A DNA stretch of 64,000 nucleotides. Source: Basidiobolus meristosporus CBS 931.73 (lineage: Eukaryota > Fungi > Basidiobolomycota). The notes under the pieces were generated by a model. The model saw nothing but the letters and a program-made list of their open reading frames with translations. It searched no databases and was not told the DNA's origin. The position numbers and the translations under genes are program-made. The first letter of the stretch is position 1. Every line of letters begins with the position of its first letter. The DNA is taken from NCBI GenBank assembly GCA_002104905.1, contig MCFE01000476.1:4694-68693 (forward strand), in the 5' to 3' direction. This document shows positions 13,147 through 23,018 of this stretch, piece by piece.

Positions 13147-14228
13147 ATGGCATTGAATCAAAGCAGTCTTGTCCATGGGGCAAATAGTCCAAGGCTAAGC
13201 AGAATGGGCTTGACTTGTTGCATGACCATTATCCTTGATTCAAGCAAGCAAACAGATTTTAGGCCAGCATTGGTATTATAAGAAGGTTTCTTAAGAATAG
13301 CAGATATTATCAAAGGTAGAAGAACAAGGGTGCCAAGGCTAAAAGCCTGCAGCTTCCCAAAGAGCTTGTCACAAGCAGGGCTAAAAGCTCCAAACAAGTG
13401 GCAATGAAACTACAGGAAGCCAGAACAGGCCAGTAATAGACAGGCAGGCAGAAACAGATGCACCAGTGCAGCATTTATCAAGGAGAAAACATAGTTCAAT
13501 ACAAGTAGTACTCAGTAACAGTAGCAATGAGGGACTTGACAGTGGTAAATACCCACGGCTTTCTCAGGAGCCTGTCACAAGCAAGGTTGATAGCTCCAAG
13601 CAAGCTGCAAAGAAATGTCAGGTTGATAGAGGAGTGCTGACAAGGAACAAGCAGGCAAAAATGGATGCACCAGTGCAGCATCCATCAATGCAAAAACAGA
13701 GTACAATGCTAGAAGCACTTTGTGAAAGTAGCAGTGAAAGACTTGACAGTCATAACCCTACAAAAATAATTTGGTCCCACAGGTGGATCCAATCCGGATC
13801 ATCCATCCAGATCCCATTTAGAGACCATCATAATAACAGCAGCTTGGAATTAGTGACCCTCCCAACAATCTAATAATAAGATCATGATGGTGTTTTGCAA
13901 ATTTTACAGCCAAATAAAGGGATAAAACTTGACAATTTTTAATTGGTGCTGTGACAATATTTGCATGGTATTGTTGCAGTCTTTCAGCGCTCTATTACTA
14001 TTTTAAGTGGATCTAGTTGGCCAGGACTTCCAATTGCCTTATATGGCAAGAAACTTGATGGCAATTTGATGGCCTCACAGCTAGACTCTGATGGCATTTT
14101 TTGGCAGTATGATGGCCTACTGCTGGTTTTGTATAATGCCACTGTACCACTTTACCATATGATATTTCCTTTTTCTACCTCCCCTTGTGCAATTCATATA
14201 TTCCACTGTAGAATCACCTTTCTTTACA

Positions 14229-16850
14229 CTACTGGGTATTCCACATATAGTTTGAATCAAAAAAAACTATGGCCTCCTGCTTACTAACCTTTACAAACAC
14301 GCATACCAACCGCAATTGGGATACTTCTATCACCTCAACTTTACGGCTTTTTAGTGTGATACTTGCAAAGTTGCCATATACCTTGTACTGCTGGTAGCAT
14401 ATAAATCTTGCAAACATATGCTTGGTTGTTTCCACTTCTGCCATGAATATCTCCTGAATATTGGCAAAGAACTTCTTGGTATTTAGCCAATATACCTCTT
14501 CTCCCTGCTGGTTTCTAGTCCCCCTTATAGGTGCGCTCTGGCTTTTGTTTGTGTGAATTCTGTATTGAATGATGTAGAAGTTGGCCTGTAACCACAAGAA
14601 ATCTGGCATGTCCTGGTGGAGTTTTCCTGATAAAAATTAGTTGCTTGTTGCACCCAACCCAACTCTGCATTACTTAACTGATTACCCATGCATTTGGGCT
14701 GCCTAGCTTCTTAATGCCAAAGGTATAGGTGTCTCCATGTGCACATTTGTCTTCAGTATTTTCCAACTCTTTCTGGATGTCCTCCATGTGCCAACTCATC
14801 ACATCCATGATGGACTTGAAGGTAATACTTTTGAGGAGATTGGGATATGGTAGTACTTGCAACTTGACTTGTCTTCCTATCTCCCCCGCTCCATAGGAAA
14901 CTCCCAAAGGCAAAGCAAGGCCCAATATTCTCCACACACCATGCAAGATGGAGTAGAAAATGGATACAGTAGCAGCTGACATCTACACATTCAGCTTTAT
15001 GTTTGTAGTATAGCCGCTCAAATCCTGTCACAAATTCCTCACACAACAGCTGTAGATGCATCAAGTTGGCATTGGTGATCTGCTTCTGGATAAATATTAC
15101 TACAATATCCACATACAACTCCCAATGCTTCCAATATACTCTTGGTAGGAGTGACTTCAGAACACCACTTGAATAAATACATATCCAGTTCATCCAGTCT
15201 TTGCATTTGTATTGTTGTATATGCATTGGAATATCAATTGGAGCCTGTGAGAAGTACTTAGGGTAGCAGGCACTCTATAATACCTTGCCAATTTTTTCAA
15301 ATTTCTCCGGTATCTTGAAGGCCTCACTTAGCTAGAAATGCCCCATGTACAACTTGGATATCAGTATAGGAATATTGTTGAGAAGCAAATGCATTGCTCC
15401 CAGTGGAAAGTCTTTGCTCCAACAGAAATCCCCTATCTTAAGTATCTCTGGTTTCCAATTGATTCCATATTCAGGCCAATGCCTTATAGCTTGCAAACTA
15501 TGCGGCAATTGCACACTTACTTCTGTACATTCTCTCTGTGGAATGATTATATTCTCAGTGCTGATGTTTGGGTAATAATAATATGTGTAACTCATGGAGC
15601 AAATCCCCTGGATCTCTCACATTCAACAGCAATACTTTCCATTGTGCCCAGAAGAACCTGCTATCTTGCTGATGGCTGGGGTATCTTCAATGCAGATAAT
15701 AATATGCGCTTTACATGACAGCCATTTACCATTATCTGGCTGGAAAGCATACAAAATTCATCTAGCAATGGACACAGGTAGCTCTTCAGGTTGGACAGTG
15801 ATTTAGGCCCAGATACCAGTGAGACTACCATCAGATTACTGCTCTGATACCATAAGATGGGCAGCAGATTCAGATTGATGAGAATCAGTAGCCGGCAGGA
15901 TTTGCTGGCAGCGTACTTGTTTAATGAGAATCCATCAAGTGCTAAAGCAAAGGCATGGTCATACATACCTTCAAAGTGACCCTTGCTTTTTAGCTGTTTG
16001 TAACGTTTGTCATTGAATATATTGGATATGTTTGTGCTTGATTAATACTGAGTGCGGTACTGTATAGCTTTGCAATATTTGTCGGACTCCATCAGCTTCC
16101 TCAGATGGGGTATGACTGGAATATATCTGGAGTGTGAACAATGTTTTCCCTCAATGGTGGTGGATTCCTGACAATTTGGACATGTTGCAATGGTAGCATT
16201 TTTGGATGTGAATGTAATGCAACTGTTAACACATGATGGAATCAGGACAGTCTCTAGATCATATGTTGCCAGCCACATGAGGGTTGTCCACTTGTACCAT
16301 GTACATGGTAAGTTGCATCCCGGTATGATTTTAGCAAGAGGTAGTAATAAATCCTCAAAGCCCCATTACTGATATTAGTGGAAACTTGCCACTTCTCTAG
16401 CCACAACATTGCATCATTCACCAGTAGATGGATTACTGGACTCACTTGGCTCCATAAAGTCTCCTTGGTATTTCTTTCAATGGGTGTTGTCTCATTGCAT
16501 ATAGGGATTTGACTGGGCTCATATGTGGTACTGTTGTTAGGGGAGATAGGCTCAAAATCCATCAGCAAACCTTCTTTGTAAGAGCTATCACTCTGCGTGC
16601 CATATTCAGAAGGCTGAGGTGAGCCTAAAGGTGTCACAAACTCACCTGACTCAGTTTGTGCAAGGTGACAAAGACAGCCAGGTGCCAATATAGAGGTATC
16701 AACTGGCCGGCAAGATAATATTGGTCCAGTAGTGACCAATGAATGATTGAATATGACTTAGGTGGCAAAACACTGACTGTGAACCTTGTAATATTTCCTA
16801 AGCTGTCTACGTACTTCATGGCCAAGAGGCTTGCCTCGATAGCCACATGG
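14229..16850 (-). pseudogene. CACTA/EnSpm (tnp2-family) transposase, degenerate
   Basis: Motifs CVNSCITF..CPNC..YIPVIPHL, ALALDGFS, VSGPKSL, KDFPLGAMHLLLNNI, LHLAWCVENIGP; interrupted by stops and frameshifts. Confidence 0.82.
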
Positions 16851-17115
16851 TCTTTTATCTCTTCTCTTACGGTGTTGAGTCAAATTAGTCTTGTCCATGG
16901 GGCAAACAGTTTGACATTCAACAATGTAATGCTATTATATCACTTTTTGGTCAATACTCATGTGAACTTAAGACAGTCTTGTATTTGAGACATTGCACCT
17001 ACATGAATGTAAGATTCAATGATGACCTGCCATAGTAAGCATTCTAAATAAAGTTGTGGTACCACATACATATGTATATGTAACACTATTTCCCATTTGG
17101 TTTAACTCACTTCAA

Positions 17116-17122
17116 TATATAA
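17116..17122 (+). promoter_or_regulatory. Putative TATA box of CMC second gene (ORF X)
   Basis: TATATAA 20 nt upstream of the ATG at 17142; a similar TATATA occurs in the inverted paralog near 54682. Confidence 0.3.
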
Positions 17123-17282
17123 GCCGCCAACAAATAAAGCAATGTTGTCTGGTTCTCAACCAAGCCCCACTGCTGACGGCAACAGAAGAATGGTTGGACA
17201 ACAGCTTGCTTTGACATTCAGTGTAACAAGCGGGGCTACATCCAAAAAAGGCACTGTGGAGAGTGTGCCCATTGAAGGTATT

Positions 17283-18016
17283 AGACTTGTTCCGTTGGAT
17301 AGTGCCACATTGAGCCATGAGTGCCAAACAATGCCATAGTGTGCCAGAGAGGTCAAGTGAGCCTATACTTGGCCACAGAGTGTGAAACATAGCTCTGCAT
17401 CTTCATGTAAAGCAACCCCTGTGTTTCACCCATTGCGCAGGAGAAAATCCATTTTTTGACCTTTTTTTGTGGATCAATGTAGCTCAGGATGTGTAAGAGC
17501 ACAGGAGAACTGAAGATATGCATCTGGTACTCAATACCCATGGCACTCTGAATCTAGCTCCTGTAGCTTGTATCATGTCACAAAAATGAATGGCACTATC
17601 TTGGTCCACTGGTACTATCTGGCACTATATTTAAATATTAGCCCTAAAGTAAGATCTATACAAAGCACTTAGAGTGCCAGATAGTACCAGTGGACCAAGA
17701 TAGTGCCATTCATTTTTGTGACATGATACAAGCTACAGGAGCTAGATTCAGAGTGCCATGGGTATTGAGTACCAGATGCATATCTTCAATCTGCTTGTGC
17801 TCTAACACATCCTGCACAACATTGATCCAAAAAAAAAGGTCCAAAAATGGATTTTCTCCAACACAATGGGTGAAACACAGGGGCTGCTTTGCATGAAGAT
17901 GCGGAGCTATGTTTCACACTCTGTGGCCAGGTAGAGGCTCACTTGACCTCTCTGACACACTATGGCATCATTTGGCACTCATGGCTCAATGTGGCCCTAT
18001 CCAACAGAACAAGTCT
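17283..18016. mobile_element. Foldback MITE (734 bp) with PHIS-type termini, copy 1 (opposite orientation to copies 2-4)
   Basis: AGACTTGTTCC...GAACAAGTCT; about 347-bp inverted arms and a 40-bp spacer; flanks ATT/AAT. Confidence 0.9.
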
Positions 18017-19443
18017 AATAATGTGGACTCCTCTGGCACTCAGTCAAGTAAGCAATTGAGAACCTCTGTGGAGCCACAAGCTGACCATTATGCTCAGGCA
18101 GATGAAAATGTAGCAAACGCAGTACCCTCAGTGGAAGATCAGCAAGTGGCCATGATATCATCACCACCACCCATATTAGCAAGTATGTTGTCAGCTCATA
18201 CCAAAGCATTTATGTAGCAATTAGGTGCAGTGGCTGATAGTATAGATGCAATGGCCCAGGCAAATCAGGAAGTAGTCCAGAAACAGTATGAGTGGAAAAT
18301 ATTTGTAGAGCAATCAATATCCCAGGTAGAGAAAGCAGTGTCATTGCTGCAAAGAAGGAACTCAAGTAGCTCAATGACATAGCCAAGAATTGAGCCATTT
18401 CCCAATGTAACAGCAGAGGAACACTGTACAGTTGTTGAAGCACAACAACAGTGCCCAAAGATAAAGCCCACAGAAAAGCCTATCACTGTGTGGGAGGGAG
18501 ACAATGTGGTACTTATACCAAAGCCTAAAAATCAAAAGACATTGAAGATCTGTTAAGCTGTTGAGTGCAATAATGAAGAATGGGCTAATATACAAGAGGC
18601 CATCAGAAGTCTAGCATGCCATCACCATACAGCTGGCATACCATGGGACCATCAGCAACTCAAGGCCATGCAGAATGCACTTGAATTGTTCCATGAGCAT
18701 TAGACTTGTTCCATCGTACCATGCCAGGGCGCGCGGCGTGATCCGCGGTTGCAAAGAACAATCAGGCGCGATATTATAGCTACCAGAAGGCAGGATTGTT
18801 CTGGGACAATTTCGCACTATGCGGGACAATCTTGCACACTATGGCACAATCTGACACAATGAGGTTGGCGTGGATGATTGCGCCAACTTGTAATGTTTGC
18901 ATCACGTGCGCAATCGGATACCGCTATAATGGCAGGTAAAATCCGGTATTTGGATATGTTTCTTTAATGTAAATGGAAATAAATGTGTATCACACTATAA
19001 ACTACACTAATACTTACCATTTTGGTTACCCTCACTCCAATTGGACAGTATCTCAGTGGTTAATTGGTCCAAAAGTATCCTGAAGCTGGCAGCCCCCAAT
19101 TGGCTCATTGACTACTGAAAAGCTACCTGATTTGCCATCAAATATCCCATTTTGCCCATTGAACAAGTAAATCCCTGATCCTAGTGATTGGGCAAGGTGT
19201 CATAGCTAGCACGCAAGCAATTGTGTAGGTGCAAAACAGATCCAATAGCTGCACTAGTATTACAGATGACTTATATATATGCAGGGTGTTTATTTATAGG
19301 GGTTCTGTCTCAAATGTGAGACGACCTTGATATTACTTATATCAAAAATTTGATGATCTCTGATTTGCAATGGCTTGATTTGGATTGCAAAAAAAAAGGG
19401 TTGTTGGGATCATTACAAATGTGAGCGATTTAAAGCAATCGCA

Positions 19444-20691
19444 TCATCTTCTCCTGGGTTTTTTTCTCACAGGGATTACTACTGAAGCATTTGGTAGTGA
19501 CTCACTTTGCACACCTATACTACTTCCTGGCTGACTATCATCTTGGCTACTTGTGTATTTGTAGTCAGTATTTTGCCTCCTAGTTAATGAGTGCGATGCT
19601 GCAGCTTGGCCACGCTGAATTGCTCTGACTGAACCAACTGAACCGGCCTGTTGTGCCACGCGCTGACGCGTTCTTTTACTTGCCAAGGGCTCCGGTGGTT
19701 GAGGCACTTCATGTTGGTCATCATCAGTCAGTTCACCAGAAGTAACTTGCTGATGGTCAGGTGAAACGGCACGTGCAGGCGTGCCTTGATGTGTTGAGAT
19801 GGCCCTTGGCTGAGTTTGATGTGATGCCGCATGTTGATGTGACTCGGTCCGCTCCAATGGACTTGTGTCTAAATGAGCAGTTTGGTGAGTTCTCGTAGTT
19901 TTGCTCTGAAGTGTGCGTGTTGACCCAACGCGCATTGACTCGATGCGGGGCGTTCTGGTAAAGGGTGTTGGTGTGGTCTGGACTGACGTTTGCCGGCACG
20001 CTGTAGTTGCAAGAGATGGTAGGGAATCCAGCAAGGCGTGCTGGTGTGATCTGGACAATGTTGCTCACGGTCTGTATTCTTCCTCCTGAAGCTCTCCATC
20101 TGATTCCTCAAGGTATTCACTTACCCTCTGTCTGATACTTTGGAGCTGTTGCCTGGATGATTCCTGTGTATATTGCTCTTGGAAGCCACTTAGCTCTACT
20201 AATATATCACGTAGTACATTAGTCATTTGAGGCAAAAACTCATTCAAAATCTCTTTGGTTCCCAAAGTTGAGGCACAAACAGACGTGTCCAGCCCATACT
20301 GTGCAAATTGCGCGCAAAATCGTTCCCGTGCGGCTTCTTTGTCAAATCCTCTCACTCTCAGCTCATTCTTGATTTCAATACTTGTCTTGTTATATATCTT
20401 TTTACATACATTGGCTGGCATCTTGATGTAGAACTCATGCCACAGCTTTCTACTCAAATTCTTCCATCTTTGTTGACTCTCTGAGGTATCTAGTTCTGCT
20501 AGATTAATCAGTAGTGCCCAAATATCTGTATGAAGGCTCATCATAGACACTTGGGCCATACTAAAATCATTTGGCAAGAACTTGAACGGATCCAACATTG
20601 ACTTTTCCGTTCCGGACCGCGTTTGTGAGCTGGGGGATGGGTTTTGTCTGGGTTGTACTAAAGATGAGTTGAGGCTTGGTATGGGGACCAT
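19444..20691 (-). CDS. PHIS element second ORF (about 415 codons) with one in-frame TGA at 20065-20067
   Basis: ORFs 20065-20691 and 19444-20058 are in the same frame, separated by TGA GCA ACA. Helical N-terminal half, S/T/Q/R-rich C-terminal half, ending in basic RKKPRRR. The C-terminus is also present in the decayed copy at about 53810-54245. Confidence 0.6.
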
Positions 20692-21022
20692 AGCAACAGA
20701 TTTGGATACTTATACAGCAGTATATTGGCATCAACCTGGTCTTTTATGAAATATATATGAAAACTAAAGTGATTGTTGAATTTTCCATATATTATGCATG
20801 ATGCATCTTGGATCGCGTTGATATGGATCAGATCACATCAATTGCAGATTTCCTATTTGATTATAGACCTATGATTAAAGCATCAATAAAAGTACCAAGG
20901 CATTGTTTGCGGATGATTTTTGCAACATAATGATGGGATACATGGCAATTGATGGAGATTTAACCATAATGTGTTAAAAATCAGATAAATAACGCAGATT
21001 GCGCCGAATTGATTCAAACCGC

Positions 21023-22101
21023 TGTGGTGGTGTATAAGTCCAAAAGGGCAAAATACAGCCAACACTTCTCAAGTGTGAATGTGTGTGGGGTGTTCACTGG
21101 GTGCGATAACCTCTGGCAAAAGCTTGCTAGGAATACTGGGTCTTTTATCTAATCTAAGTGATGGGGGATAAAGCCTCAAGCTTGTCAAGGGAAAACTATT
21201 GAACTACAATCCCCAACTTAGTTGGCGTCTTAACAAAAGTTTATAATGGCTTCGACGTCCTTTGAGATGACAATGTACTAAAGCTTCCAAAGTCAAAACA
21301 ACTGTAAACTCCACCAACAGGGACTTGATAAGAATGCAGCTTTGACCAATAGTTACAAAGACTGAAAAGTATCTTTGCCTGTACAAGAACAAACTTGGGA
21401 AAACAAACAAATATAATAAAATATACCTACTCTGAGTATTCCTCACGAGTGGTGCCTCCAAGGTCAGTTGGCTGTCAGCGCGGTTTCCTGGGAGTGTCGT
21501 CAGATCTGAGTCAGAAAATAGTGGTAATAGGTAGCGGTGATCTCGCTAATCAATAAGTCGGAATATTGGAAGAGGGATGATTTATTTTAAGGGATAGCCT
21601 CCCTTATATACTTTTTTGCTGCTCAATTTCTTGCTAGAAAATACTTTCCGGAAGTTTCCAGAAGGTAGTAGACAACCAATCATGTCTTTGTGTACTAAAA
21701 ATAGCGCAAATTCTTGGCGGATTGTTCCATGAGACATAGTAGTACCTAGCCAATCAGGTAGTGGTAACATGAAACCTCTGTGTCATGTGGTTGCCTCTTA
21801 TGGTAGTGAGATGGGGGATTATGAAACCAAGATGGTCACGTGACATGGGCACTGTTGGGGTACTTGCCTTATAAGGTAACTATCTTATCTTGGCATCTCG
21901 GCAAGGAATAAGAATAGCTTGTGCAATGGGTTAATAGGGACAAATAGCTTGTCAGGTTGCATAGTAATAATCACATAGACAAAAATAGGAAATATTGCAA
22001 ATTTGGGATGATAATAATATAGGCGGGGTAATCCTTTTTAGGGAAGTGAATGCATAAGAATGAGCACATCTGCCTGTGGGTGTCACTGTGACCCCACTAC
22101 A
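21023..22101. mobile_element. Solo LTR, family R1 (divergent subtype), inserted between the two PHIS genes
   Basis: TGTGGTGG...CCACTACA; perfect TSD CCGC (21019-21022, 22102-22105). Confidence 0.92.
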
Positions 22102-22133
22102 CCGCCTCCATACAATCATCCATCAATTTTAAT

Positions 22134-23018
22134 ATGACTTACTCATCTGAATGGTCTTTTCTCATCAATCCCATCACTACCACTGGATTTCCTTTTGACA
22201 CACTGGAGGAGATCTATTCCAAGTACTGTGGACCATCAACCCCAATCTACTCAAGGAGATCCCTTGTTAAGCTTCTCTGCTATTACAAGAACTATTGCCC
22301 TACAAGGTTTCATCCCACCATCCATGGCAACAAAAGTCCTAGAAGCTTTCATTCCCAGCTGACAGCAATGGAGAACCACCTTGCAGAGGGTATGAATGAC
22401 TTAGAGCAAGCTTGGAATACTAGGTTCAGAAGCTCCAATAGACTTCCATATCCCAGAGTGTTCAGCAACAGGTTCCATATCAGGAGTATTTTGGATACCT
22501 TCCCAGTGAGGATTAACAGACCTTCTAGAGGGCAGAGGCACTTTTATTCTGGCAAGTACAAGGCACACTGTGTGAAGTTTCAAGCACTGTCTGACATTGA
22601 GGGTAACATCATCTGGTTTAGTGGGCCATTTGCTGGAAGTAGGCATGACAAAGCACTCTGGGTAGAGAATCATCCTGAATTCAGTAGAGGGGAGAAATGT
22701 ATGGCAGACTTGGCCTATATAGGAGAGAATTGTCAGAGATTAGGATGTATTACAGCTTATAGGAAGCCAAGGAATGGTGTGCTTAGCAGGAAGCAGAAGC
22801 TCTACAATGAGATATTTGATCATTTCAGAGTAAGGGTAGAGCACACATTTGGATATCTGAAGAGATTCAGCATATTGGCAGGAAAATACAGAGGAAAGTC
22901 ATATATAGGTGAAAACAGCAGAATAGGTAAAATAGTTAAGATACTTATTAATGCACAGTATGTTAATACAAGAAGACATCCACTGAGAGAAATGTGTCTG
23001 GAGCATTATGAAGAGTAA
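22134..23018 (+). CDS. DDE transposase (DDE_Tnp_4 / IS5-PIF-Harbinger-like), intact, 294 aa
   Basis: ILD(121)TFP, YSGKYKAH, GSRHD, MAD(192)LAY, RVRVE(236)HTFGYLKRF; uninterrupted ORF inside TIRs. Confidence 0.92.
   Translation: MTYSSEWSFLINPITTTGFPFDTLEEIYSKYCGPSTPIYSRRSLVKLLCYYKNYCPTRFHPTIHGNKSPRSFHSQLTAMENHLAEGMNDLEQAWNTRFRSSNRLPYPRVFSNRFHIRSILDTFPVRINRPSRGQRHFYSGKYKAHCVKFQALSDIEGNIIWFSGPFAGSRHDKALWVENHPEFSRGEKCMADLAYIGENCQRLGCITAYRKPRNGVLSRKQKLYNEIFDHFRVRVEHTFGYLKRFSILAGKYRGKSYIGENSRIGKIVKILINAQYVNTRRHPLREMCLEHYEE

Noticed and set aside
17353-17896. Recurrent 62-68-aa ORFs (MGIEYQMH..., MDQDSAIH...) found several times
   Set aside because: They are by-products of the repeated palindromic MITE, with no recognisable domain.
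19757-20120. Alternative minus-strand ORFs of 103 and 83 aa
   Set aside because: They are overlapping frames in GC-rich ORF2; the in-frame 415-codon model is simpler, though splicing is not excluded.
22134-23018. Bacterial IS5-family insertion or contamination
   Set aside because: It is embedded in a eukaryotic-type two-gene element with a TSD inside a fungal-type CMC transposon and hosts an LTR; there is no prokaryotic context.
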